The notes under the pieces: generated by a model
Database searches by the model: none
What the model was told of the DNA's origin: nothing
What the model saw: the letters and a program-made list of their open reading frames with translations, nothing else
DNA from: Bdellovibrionales bacterium
GTDB taxonomy: Bacteria; Bdellovibrionota; Bdellovibrionia; Bdellovibrionales; JAUICD01
Direction: 5' to 3'
DNA: 64,000 nt
NCBI GenBank assembly: GCA_965203275.1
Contig: OZ241865.1
Location: 1,984,001-2,048,000 of the forward strand
Part shown: positions 39,657 to 48,903 of the stretch, piece by piece
Position numbering within the stretch: the first letter of the stretch is position 1
Layout of the letters: each line of letters begins with the position of its first letter
Made by a program: the position numbers and the translations under genes

Positions 39657-40721
39657 ATGAAAAGATATGTTTTTATCCTATTTATTGCTTTGCTTGTTTC
39701 TAGTGATTCTCTATGGGCTTGTGCTGAAAGCCTTATGCCACATCAAGAAGACCACTATGCTTTAATAGATGCTACTAGGAAAGGCGATATAGAGGCTGTA
39801 AGGGCATTGCTAGAAAATGGTGCGAACATTAACTTTCAAGACTCTGATGGCTGGACGGCTTTAATGTGGGCCAGTTATGAAGGCCATATTGAAGCTGTAA
39901 GGTTATTGATAGAATATGAAGCGGACGTTAATATTGAAGACGGCGAAAATGATGCCTGGACCGCTTTAACACTAGCTAGTCATGAAGGCCATACAGAGAT
40001 TGTAAGATTATTACTCGAGGCCGGAGCGGACGTCAATCATCATTGCGAATATAGCAAGACGGCTTTAATACATGCTAGTTCTGAAGACCATGTTGAAGTT
40101 GTAAGGGTATTGCTAGAAAATGGTGCGGACATCAATCATCAAGACAGCCTTCAAATGTCGGCTTTAATGCATGCTAGTTCTGAAGACCATATAGATATTG
40201 TAAGGTTATTGCTAGAAAAAGGTGCGAGCTTTGACCTTCAAGACTATGATGGCAAAACAGTTTTAATGAATGCTGGCCATATTGAGATTGTAAGGTTATT
40301 GCTAGCGGCCGGAGCTAACGTCAATCATACAGGCAAATATGGCCAGACGGCTTTAATGCAAGCAAGCAAACATGGCCGTATTGGGGTTGTAAGATTATTG
40401 CTAGAAAAAGGTGCGGACATCAATCATCAAGACGAAGATGGCTGGACGGCTTTAATGTGGGCCAGTTATGAAGGCCATATAAAGATTGTAAGGTTATTGC
40501 TAGAAAAAGGTGCGAGCTTTGACCTTCAAGACGAGGATGACTGGACGGCTTTAATGTATGCTAGTATTAAAGGCCATATTGAGATTGTAAGGGTATTGCT
40601 AGCGGCCGGAGCTAACGTCAATATTCGAACTAATAAAGGAAAAACGGCTTTAATGTTGGCAAGCGATAACGACCATACTGAGATTGTAAGACTATTAAAA
40701 GAGGCCGGAGCCACAGAATAA
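39657..40721 (+). CDS. Secreted ankyrin-repeat protein (about 10 repeats)
   Basis: Signal peptide; GWTALMWASYEGHIEAVRLL repeats; C-terminal LLKEAGATE. Confidence 0.95.
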   Translation: MKRYVFILFIALLVSSDSLWACAESLMPHQEDHYALIDATRKGDIEAVRALLENGANINFQDSDGWTALMWASYEGHIEAVRLLIEYEADVNIEDGENDAWTALTLASHEGHTEIVRLLLEAGADVNHHCEYSKTALIHASSEDHVEVVRVLLENGADINHQDSLQMSALMHASSEDHIDIVRLLLEKGASFDLQDYDGKTVLMNAGHIEIVRLLLAAGANVNHTGKYGQTALMQASKHGRIGVVRLLLEKGADINHQDEDGWTALMWASYEGHIKIVRLLLEKGASFDLQDEDDWTALMYASIKGHIEIVRVLLAAGANVNIRTNKGKTALMLASDNDHTEIVRLLKEAGATE

Positions 40722-40929
40722 TACCAATTCTATATTTGTCTTAATTTTTGTTTTTTTGTATGATGACAATATAAAAAACCTAAAAATAAGGGGAAAAACG
40801 AAATTTCAGATAAATAAATCAATGCTAGAGATAATATTAAGCTAAAAGTTGCTATTTGTGGATATTGTGTTTTGGTTTCATTTAGGATATTTGTATTATG
40901 TTTGAAGATATAAAGGGAGGTTCAAAGTT

Positions 40930-41604
40930 ATGACAGAGAGAATTTTATTACAATTAACAATAGATGCTATTTTCAAAGCTTTTTTTGAAAATAGAAAAGA
41001 TCTTTTAATTTCACTGGTAGAGAATTTTGTACCTTTGCCTAAGGGTTCTGTGATAGAGGATGTTTCATTATTAAACACAGAGCTTCTTCCCGATAAGGTT
41101 CCAGACGAATACAAATCCTTTACTTTAGATTTGCGTGTGAAATTAAGAAGACAGGTCAGAGGCGTTCTTCAAGATACAGATATTGTCCATGTAGAAGTTC
41201 AAACAACAAGTCAAAAATTTTTTACAGATCGGATATTAGTTTATGCTTCTAGGGCTTATTCTGGTCAGATAAAGAAAGGCGAAGATTTTAATCAATTACT
41301 TCCTGTGTATTCACTTGTTTTTACAACAGCTAATTTAAAAGAATTTGCAGGGATAAAGGATTACTATCATATCTGCAATATCCGTCGGACAAAACCACCA
41401 GAAGTGATTATGTCTCGTGGATTGTGTTTTGTCATTGTGGAATTAGGCAAGTTTCAGTCAAGTTTGCATGAATTATTTGACAAAAAGGCAGATTGGTGTT
41501 ATCTTTTAAAGAACTCTGGTAATATGGATTTAAAGGAGTATACCAATTTTCAGAATAAAAGGGATCCTTCTTCTGGGATCTGGCAACCCGGCATCAGGTC
41601 CTAA
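40930..41604 (+). CDS. Rpn family PD-(D/E)XK nuclease, N-terminal part, truncated by a repeat insertion
   Basis: DAIFKAFF, LDL...VEVQ...RILVYASRAYSGQI...Y, IVELGKF, W.YLL; last 13 codons come from the repeat. Confidence 0.88.
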   Translation: MTERILLQLTIDAIFKAFFENRKDLLISLVENFVPLPKGSVIEDVSLLNTELLPDKVPDEYKSFTLDLRVKLRRQVRGVLQDTDIVHVEVQTTSQKFFTDRILVYASRAYSGQIKKGEDFNQLLPVYSLVFTTANLKEFAGIKDYYHICNIRRTKPPEVIMSRGLCFVIVELGKFQSSLHELFDKKADWCYLLKNSGNMDLKEYTNFQNKRDPSSGIWQPGIRS

Positions 41605-41754
41605 AACTGAACTTTTTCCTTAACATTGTGTTAAAAAAGGAAAGGATCCTTCCTACTAAAAATAAACGGATTTTTGAGGTATTGCTCTTTTTGGACAGCG
41701 TAAGCTGTCAGAGCAATGCCCAAAAACAGCCAGAGGCTGGTTTATTTTTAGTGA
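41563..41754 (+). mobile_element. Family B fragment plus complete family A copy inserted into the Rpn gene
   Basis: Complete copy 41616-41754; AGAATAAAAGG on both sides (41552-41562, 41754-41764). Confidence 0.85.
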
Positions 41755-41771
41755 GAATAAAAGGAGGCGTT

Positions 41772-42218
41772 ATGGCAGAGGCAGCAAAGCATTTATGGAT
41801 ATTATCAAAAGATGAGACATTACAGGAACTTGCAATGGTGAAAGAGAGAGACAGAAAAGATCAAGCAGCCAGAGAAGATGATGCTTATGAGGAAGGGATG
41901 AAGAAAGGTCGTAAGGAAGGGATGGAGAAAGGTCGTAAGGAAGGGATGGAGAAAGGGATGGAAAAAGGGATGGAGAAAGGAATAGAAAAAGGGATGGAGA
42001 AAGGGATGGAGAAAGGAATGGAAAAAGGGATGGAAAAAGGGATGGAAAAAGGGATGGAGAAAGGAATGGAAAAAGGGATGGAAAAAGGGATGGAGAAAGG
42101 TCGTAAGGAAGGGATGGAGAAAGTAGCACAAAATATGTTGAAAGAAAATCTCAATATTTCATTGATCTCTACAATGACAGGTTTATCCAAAGATGACATT
42201 CTCAAGCTGAAAAAATAA
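41772..42218 (+). CDS. Rpn C-terminal part with (EKGM)n repeats
   Basis: AAGGAGG RBS plus ATG 41772; 12-bp tandem repeats at about 41893-42123; tail VAQNMLKENLNISLISTMTGLS. Confidence 0.82.
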   Translation: MAEAAKHLWILSKDETLQELAMVKERDRKDQAAREDDAYEEGMKKGRKEGMEKGRKEGMEKGMEKGMEKGIEKGMEKGMEKGMEKGMEKGMEKGMEKGMEKGMEKGMEKGRKEGMEKVAQNMLKENLNISLISTMTGLSKDDILKLKK

Positions 42219-42289
42219 TTTGCCTTTTTTAATTATAAGATTTGCTGTTATGGATTTAAAAGAGTATACCAACTTTCAAAATAAGGGAG

Positions 42290-42510
42290 GCGGCAATCAG
42301 GCAAGTTGAATCGAACTTCTTGTTTCCTTAATATTTCACTAAAAGTGGTCTAGCCTCTGGCTACTTTCTGGCGATGACCACGATGGCTTTCGCCATCGGT
42401 AAAATGGTCATCGCCTAGTGTTGTTACATGGCAAGCTTCAGAGAAGCTTGCTGTCTGACCACTTTTAGTAGGAGGATCTCTTCGTTTTTTACACGATATT
42501 GAGGAAAATG
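42290..42510 (-). repeat. Family A variant carrying an extra hairpin
   Basis: TTCACTAAAAGTGGTC...GACCACTTTTAGT enclosing GCAAGCTTC-AGA-GAAGCTTGC, as at 35263-35300. Confidence 0.85.
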
Positions 42511-42542
42511 TGTATTTTTACTTTATTATTTTGAAGGTCATT

Positions 42543-44327
42543 CTATTTAAGGGCATAAATTAAAATGTCGTCTGTTTCAAAGACAAGCTCCATTGATTTG
42601 TCTACTGGCAGGATACCGTGATTTCTTTCTCTTTTGCCATAAAAAATATAAGAAACCCCTTTTTGTTTTAGTAACTCTCCTAAACTTAATTCGTATTCAT
42701 TTTGAGAGGAATCATCTTTAATAAACAATCGATCATAGACACTCTGTACATCTTGATAATTAGCTCCATGACTGTACAATTGTCCAATATGCCCTATCAA
42801 AAGAGGTCGACCATAAAAAGCAAGTGGATGATTGTGATCAGCAGAAGTAGCAAAGATAGCATCAATAGGTTGTTTTTTGACAAAAGCTTCAATAGGATCT
42901 AATTCACTTCTATTGAAAATCTCGTGTCTACCTTCATAAAAATAAGTATTCAAATGAAAAACACCAGCTCCTATGATCACTAAAAAAATAACTATATTAA
43001 AAGAAGCCAGCCAAGGACGATATAATTGAAAGCGTTTGACCATTATTTGAAGGGACCATATTGAAAGTAAAAAACACCAAGATAAAATCTTAATATTATC
43101 CCATTCCCAATAAGCAACAGACACAAAATTCATCAATAAAAAACTCAAAATAGCATAAATCAAATGAGGTGCTTTAAAAAGCTCCCATTGATATAATTTA
43201 TAAATCAGTCCTATTATTAAAAAAATGGCCCAGGGAGCAGCATTGTAGAAGTAATAAATAGGGGTTTCTAATCCCCAGTTCATCCAACCCTTTAAAAATC
43301 TAAGAGCAGACACTTTATCTCCAGATCCTGTTAAAAAAAATACTAAGGGTACAAAAATAATAGAAGCTATAAAAACTGACAAAGGCAAATCCATCATACG
43401 ATAATTCACAATGTGACTATAAATAACATGTTTACTTTGATAAATCCATTGAATGCCTAAAAATCCTAGAATAAAAAGAAAGGTATGAAAGTGAATAAAC
43501 GGGAGAACACCTAATAAAAAAATACCAAAAGCTCTAGTCGCATTCCACTGAGAGGTCATAAAAAAACTTTTCCATTGCCATAACATTAAAACACCTAATG
43601 AAAAAGCTAATTGAAAACCTCTTTGAGGAATAAACAGAGATAATAAAAAACTTTTCCACCAATCAAGACGAGGCTCTACAGGAGGTTCTATAGGAAAGCC
43701 TAAATAAGGGTTGTTGAAAAAAAACGCTATAACCAGTAACCATCCTCCCCAACAATTCAACATATAAATTAAACAAAGCCCTAAAATAAAAGAGACTATT
43801 CTAAGATGCCATGCCAAGGGAACCCCTACGGCCTCCCACAAAGCAGCATACATATCCATACCCAATGGATAGAGTAAGGGTTGACCTGCTAATATAGGGC
43901 TATTAGGATAAAAAGATGCTCCTTCTGCAATGTACCGGATAAAGTGAATATGTAAAGGTAGATCACCATAATTGTTTAATAAAAGTGTGCGGATACTCCC
44001 TTCATCTTCATATAAAATAAAAAAACTATAAAATCCTAATGTAAAAATAAGAAAAAGCAAAGTGCCATAATAGATCAAAAATAAACATCCATTTAACCAT
44101 TTGTTTTGTGTTTTATATCTGTTGTAAAGAGGTGAAGGTGGGGTCACAAAAGATATTTTTTCAACACATATTTTAGCCATTAGCAAAGAAAGTAGTAAAC
44201 TGATCGTAGCTACTAAAAAAGTTAAATGACCATTTAGAAGAGAGAGGAGAGTTGATATGACAATGGCCATCAACACATGAACTAAAATAAAGAATATAAA
44301 GGGGAAAAGTGATTTTTTGAAAAACAT
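42543..44327 (-). CDS. Polytopic membrane protein, GT-C glycosyltransferase-like
   Basis: Many TM segments; NYGDLPLH...YP.GMD loop; WEWDNIK; soluble C-terminal domain. Confidence 0.7.
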   Translation of the reverse strand: MFFKKSLFPFIFFILVHVLMAIVISTLLSLLNGHLTFLVATISLLLSLLMAKICVEKISFVTPPSPLYNRYKTQNKWLNGCLFLIYYGTLLFLIFTLGFYSFFILYEDEGSIRTLLLNNYGDLPLHIHFIRYIAEGASFYPNSPILAGQPLLYPLGMDMYAALWEAVGVPLAWHLRIVSFILGLCLIYMLNCWGGWLLVIAFFFNNPYLGFPIEPPVEPRLDWWKSFLLSLFIPQRGFQLAFSLGVLMLWQWKSFFMTSQWNATRAFGIFLLGVLPFIHFHTFLFILGFLGIQWIYQSKHVIYSHIVNYRMMDLPLSVFIASIIFVPLVFFLTGSGDKVSALRFLKGWMNWGLETPIYYFYNAAPWAIFLIIGLIYKLYQWELFKAPHLIYAILSFLLMNFVSVAYWEWDNIKILSWCFLLSIWSLQIMVKRFQLYRPWLASFNIVIFLVIIGAGVFHLNTYFYEGRHEIFNRSELDPIEAFVKKQPIDAIFATSADHNHPLAFYGRPLLIGHIGQLYSHGANYQDVQSVYDRLFIKDDSSQNEYELSLGELLKQKGVSYIFYGKRERNHGILPVDKSMELVFETDDILIYALK

Positions 44328-44429
44328 GGGAATCTACCTATTATTATTTAACTTCAGTATATTTTACCTGACAAGGCAAACGAGCCTTTAACTTTTGTCA
44401 AGGATATTTGATAAAGTTTTTTGACTCAT

Positions 44430-44640
44430 CCTGAGCTTGATAGCCAGCAAAAATAAAGTTGTGAGATTTCAGTAGGTTATGCGCTGAAAGAGATTTTATG
44501 CCACTAGAGGAAGATCCCTTCATTTTTTATATTCATTCCCGGATCCGGCAACCTGGCAACCCGGGTTCCGGAATCTGATGCCGGGTTGCCGGATCCCAGA
44601 TCCCGGAATAAACACAATGTTAAGGGAATAGAGTTTCATT
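44430..44640. repeat. Inverted family C end joined to family A/B fragments
   Basis: CCTGAGCTTGATAG...GCCACTAG matches 6257-6336 reversed; then GGATCC cassette and ATGTTAAGGG end. Confidence 0.8.
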
Positions 44641-44650
44641 TTTTATTTTT

Positions 44651-46357
44651 TCAGTTTTGAAGGCGACTTGGCATCATGACCTTTTTTCGACCTTTACCTG
44701 AAATAAATTGCCAATGGCCTCGTTTAATATATTTCACTATTTTTTTATCTCTCCACCTTCGAAAGAGGTTAGACAGTTGTGTGGCTTCAGAATGACTATC
44801 GCCTAAACCAATAAGTTCTCGTGCCTCTGAAGTAGTAATAAAGCCTTTTGTGCTATGTTGAAAAGCAAAGGCTCTTAATGCATCTTTAATTTGTTTTTCT
44901 TCTGCTGGAGTAAAAGATTGGCTAGCTTGACCTGTTAAAGCCACACCAACCCATCTACGAAGAAATATTTCATTATCGATAATAATAATAGGAGCATTTT
45001 GATGTTGAATTACCTCAAGGGCTATATCCGCATAGTAATCATCTAAATGTTCTAAAATAGATGACCATTTATGCCCTTGTACTGTTAAACGAACCAATGC
45101 CATTGCAATACGTGCATGATGTTCAGTAGGGAAATATTGATAAAATTGATCCATAAGAGATTTGAGATTTTTATTTTTGTGGTTGTTGTAAATTGTGATT
45201 TTCCATTTACCAAAGTAACGATGTTCTGAAAAATCAATTGTAGGTTCACGTCGTCCCGATTCTATACTGAGTCTGAAAATGCGATTTTTTCCTGTTCCTA
45301 ACTCATCAGTGATTCTTGCAGCCCTCAGTATAGTCATAAGAAGTTTGTTTTTGACATAAGTGTTTTTAGCAAACCATTGTTTTGCAAAAACTTTAGCTTC
45401 TAATGATGCATTGTTACGCACAGTTAAATGATCGGGACTTATGTCCACGATGATAGCTCCTTGTTCACGTTGATAGAGGGCATGAGCTACAGCATTGGCA
45501 AGAATTTCTCGAATAATCTTTGGTGGATAAGGGTATTCTTCTGTCACAGAAGCAGTATGTCCCTTAAGAATTGTCCCTTGTTTTTTTGTCCACGTTTGAA
45601 TTTGGGCAATAAAATCATCAGTTAAAATATGATAAACTCCCTTTTTTTCAGTGTTCTCTATAATGTCATCATTGGAATCGTACCTTGCAATACGAACTGG
45701 AAAATTGCCAAATAAAATGCCTGCTACCATTTTGTCCTTTAAACCAAGTCTTGCAAGAATGTCAGAAGAACTCAAAGTCGAAAGATCCTCAGGAAACTCA
45801 CTAGGGTCAGCCATTGCCATTTTTTGTGCAAAGCTTGAGATCAGTAGGGTGTCAATGGGACCATTCCATGGTTGGTTGGAAAAATCCTCTCCTGGAAGTT
45901 TCATAGCAAGAGCAATACGTTCATCAGATTTCATTTGAGTGCTTGAAGTGCCAGAACGTCTATAAGCTTCACCTCTCCATTCTGTCACATCACCAGGATT
46001 TTGAATGTCCAAAAAAATACAATATGAACTTTGAATCTTTTTAACAATGACGCTTTTGACTGCTTGATATGGTGATAAAAATTGATTGATTTGCTGGCTT
46101 ATTTCCTCCTCAGTTTTTTTAGCCCATTTTTTATGATGATGAAGCAAGTTTCCTTTATCATCAATGCCAATAACTAACCAGCCCCCCTGTAGAGATTCAT
46201 GGTTAGCAATAGCTGAAATATCTTTGCCATACTTTTGATTCCATGTAGATTTTAACTCAAGATAAGGATAGTCGATCTCATGTAAACGACTTGCTTTCAT
46301 ACGAGACAGTAGCTTTTTTAAACTGGGTTTTTTAGTGATTTTATAATCCGACGACAT
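44651..46357 (-). CDS. Schlafen/AlbA_2 plus HATPase-like plus winged-helix protein
   Basis: LELKS...ISAIAN...GGWLVIGIDD; IREILANAVAH; DELGTG; C-terminal TTSEARELIG wHTH. Confidence 0.85.
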   Translation of the reverse strand: MSSDYKITKKPSLKKLLSRMKASRLHEIDYPYLELKSTWNQKYGKDISAIANHESLQGGWLVIGIDDKGNLLHHHKKWAKKTEEEISQQINQFLSPYQAVKSVIVKKIQSSYCIFLDIQNPGDVTEWRGEAYRRSGTSSTQMKSDERIALAMKLPGEDFSNQPWNGPIDTLLISSFAQKMAMADPSEFPEDLSTLSSSDILARLGLKDKMVAGILFGNFPVRIARYDSNDDIIENTEKKGVYHILTDDFIAQIQTWTKKQGTILKGHTASVTEEYPYPPKIIREILANAVAHALYQREQGAIIVDISPDHLTVRNNASLEAKVFAKQWFAKNTYVKNKLLMTILRAARITDELGTGKNRIFRLSIESGRREPTIDFSEHRYFGKWKITIYNNHKNKNLKSLMDQFYQYFPTEHHARIAMALVRLTVQGHKWSSILEHLDDYYADIALEVIQHQNAPIIIIDNEIFLRRWVGVALTGQASQSFTPAEEKQIKDALRAFAFQHSTKGFITTSEARELIGLGDSHSEATQLSNLFRRWRDKKIVKYIKRGHWQFISGKGRKKVMMPSRLQN

Positions 46358-46729
46358 ACCGACGACATCCCCTTTAATAATTAAGTAATTTTAAATAGTT
46401 ACAAATCCAAACTTCAAGCTTTTAACCCTCAAAAAGGGCGACGACATACCGACGACATCCTCTTTAATAATTAAGTAATTTTAAATAGTTATAAATCCAA
46501 ACTTCAAGCTTTTAACCCTCAAAAAGGGCGACGACATACCGACGACATCCCCTTTAATAATTAAGTAATTTTAAATAGTTACAAATCCAAACTTCAAGCT
46601 TTTAACCCTCAAAAAGGGCGACGACATACCGACGACATCCCCTTTAATAATTAAGTAATTTTAAATAGTTACAAATCCAAACTTCAAGCTTTTAACCCTC
46701 AAAAAGGGCGACGACATACCGACGACATC
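46349..46729. repeat. 90-bp tandem repeat, 4 units plus 21 bp
   Basis: CGACGACATACCGACGACATC recurs at 46349, 46439, 46529, 46619, 46709; unit 2 has two substitutions. Confidence 0.95.
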
Positions 46730-47110
46730 TTTTATGGTGATTATATTATCAAATAATGGGATAACTTGTAAATTCTAGAATTTAATTATACAAACACACA
46801 ATAAAATCTTTGCTAAAATAAATTGGCCTATAAGCTTACCAATAGAGTAATAGATGAAAGATAAACATGATCACGGAAGAAACATGAAAGCAACAAAGCA
46901 TTTATTTGTCTTGAACTTACTAAAAGTAGCCAGAGGCCAGTTCATTTTGAGTGAAAAAAATTGACAAGATAAAGAGCTAAGAGATTATATTGATCATCAA
47001 TAACAATTTAAAAGGGATATTTTGATAAGTCGATAAAAAATACCCTTTTTATTTTTACATCATTTTTCATTATCATTTTTACTTAATAATATATAGCTTT
47101 TTTAAAAAGC

Positions 47111-47139
47111 TTGACATGGTAATCAATCGATTATAAAAT
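47111..47139 (+). promoter_or_regulatory. Sigma70-like promoter, repeated before each of the four paralogs (also 53683, 54764, 55737)
   Basis: TTGACA-N17-TAAAAT. Confidence 0.75.
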
Positions 47140-47174
47140 AATAAAAAGTACATTGTAAATTATTATAATAAAGA

Positions 47175-47760
47175 CATTTTCCTTAACATTTCACTCAAAA
47201 TGCATCATGCCTCTGGCATGTTTTCTGGCAGTTAGCCCGACGGCTACCGCCGTCATCAAAGGCTAACTGCCTAGAAAATCCATTTATTTTGAGTAGGGGA
47301 GGATCCTTTTATTTCTTTACACTATGTTAAGGAAAAAGTGTTTTTATTGTCTTAGGAGCAAGCTCAATGCAATAGAGGAACTTTTTCCTTAACATCGTGT
47401 CAAAAGAGGAAAGGATCCTTCCTACTAAAAGTGGTTAGGCTTTCTAGGCGATGACCATTTTACCGATGGCGAAAGCCATCGTGGTCATCGCCAGAAAGTG
47501 ACCAGAGGTCAGACCACTTTTAGTGAACCAACGGCATTGCTCTTTTTGGACAGCGATAGCTGTCAGAGCAAACATCAGAAGGAAATCTTTTTCCTTAACA
47601 TTGTGTTAAGAAATGAGGACATCCTCCTTCCTAAAATTGAACAGGCTTTTGAGGCAGTTAGCCTTTGATCGACGGCGACAAGCCGTCGGGCTAACTGCCC
47701 AAAAATAGCCAGAGGCTAGTTCAATTTTAGGGAAACAGAGGCTAGTTTACTTTTAGTGAA
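47175..47760. repeat. Nested family A cluster between promoter and start codon
   Basis: Reverse copy 47190-47335, forward copies 47385-47527 and 47591-47735, final end at 47760. Confidence 0.9.
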
Positions 47761-47768
47761 GGAAAAAT

Positions 47769-48536
47769 ATGGCTAATCAAAACAACAAAAAGAAAAAAGA
47801 ATCTGATCATACACCTGAAGCAGTGTGGAAGGCACTGAAAGAAGTTATTGCTGTGCAGAAAAATCTAGCTCAAAAAATAGACGAGACACGTCAAAGTATA
47901 GACAAAGTGAGTAAAGAGACAGGCAAAGCAAATAAAGAGACACGTCAAAATATAGACAAATTAAGTAAAAAGATAGACAAAGTGAGTGAAGATATAGACA
48001 AAGTAAGTAAACAGACACAGCAAAATATAGACAAAGTGACAAGACAGACAGCAAATAATATTAATAAATTAAGAGGTGATTGGGACAATCGATGGGGAGA
48101 TTTTGTAGAGATTCTTATTTCTGAAAATGTAGAAAGGCTATTTGAAAATTATGGGATCATCAAAGGTGAAGTAGAAACTATCAACAAAAGAACCTACTGT
48201 TTTAAGGATGGTGCCACTCCGCTTGAGTTTGAGTTTGATTCTATTACCATCAATGGTGATAAAGTCATTATAACAGAAGCCAAAAAGAAAATGACAAAAA
48301 CAAAAGTAAAAAACTTTATTAAAAAAGTACAAAATTTTCTAGCTATCAAAGACAATGGATTTTCCAATAAAAAAGTTTACATTGCTATAGGTTATTTAAA
48401 GGCAGATAATGAGAAGCTCCTTATCAAATATGCAGAGGGACAGGGATTATTTGTGATTAAGGCAGTCGGTGACAGTGCTAAGCTTGTGAATTCACCTCAA
48501 ACTTTCAAACCCAAACAAGTGAACTTAAATTTGTAA
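47769..48536 (+). CDS. Coiled-coil plus PD-(D/E)XK-like protein (DUF3782-like), paralog 1
   Basis: ETRQNIDK repeats; NRWGDFVE; EFD...ITEAK nuclease-like motif; YAEGQGLFVIK. Confidence 0.8.
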   Translation: MANQNNKKKKESDHTPEAVWKALKEVIAVQKNLAQKIDETRQSIDKVSKETGKANKETRQNIDKLSKKIDKVSEDIDKVSKQTQQNIDKVTRQTANNINKLRGDWDNRWGDFVEILISENVERLFENYGIIKGEVETINKRTYCFKDGATPLEFEFDSITINGDKVIITEAKKKMTKTKVKNFIKKVQNFLAIKDNGFSNKKVYIAIGYLKADNEKLLIKYAEGQGLFVIKAVGDSAKLVNSPQTFKPKQVNLNL

Positions 48537-48588
48537 TTCTTTTCATTTCCTGCTCCATCACCATCAAGCTCGCCTGCTTTTAAACTTG

Positions 48589-48707
48589 TAAGTTTGATAG
48601 ATAGATGATTTCATTGAGTTGATTTATGTAGTTTCTATTTTTGAATTTTTATTGAAGTATTCTTTAAAAAGAATATCCACATCTGCAAATCAACTGTCAA
48701 ACTCAGG
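48589..48707. mobile_element. Candidate ~120-bp MITE (family C) with imperfect terminal inverted repeats
   Basis: Left TAAGTTTGATAG, right CTGTCAAACTCAGG; left part recurs at 53607, 54683, 55656. Confidence 0.55.
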
Positions 48708-48903
48708 ACAAAGGTATGACCAACTATAAGGTCATTGACTCCTTGAACCTGCTGGACTTTTAAAGGTATTTTAAAAACCAACTAAAAAATCCTCATCTAT
48801 TGAACCTCTTTGACCGATCTGTTTGTATGACTTATTTTTTCCTATTTTCTTTACAGCATTTTAAAAACCTCAAACTTATAAACCTCAAAAGAAGGCCTAA
48901 GAG

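Noticed and set aside
41770..42205. Three minus-strand low-complexity ORFs
   Set aside because: Shadows of the 12-bp GGGATGGAGAAA tandem repeat
46349..46729. 90-bp and 61-bp tandem repeats as CRISPR arrays
   Set aside because: Intervening sequences are identical, so they are tandem duplications
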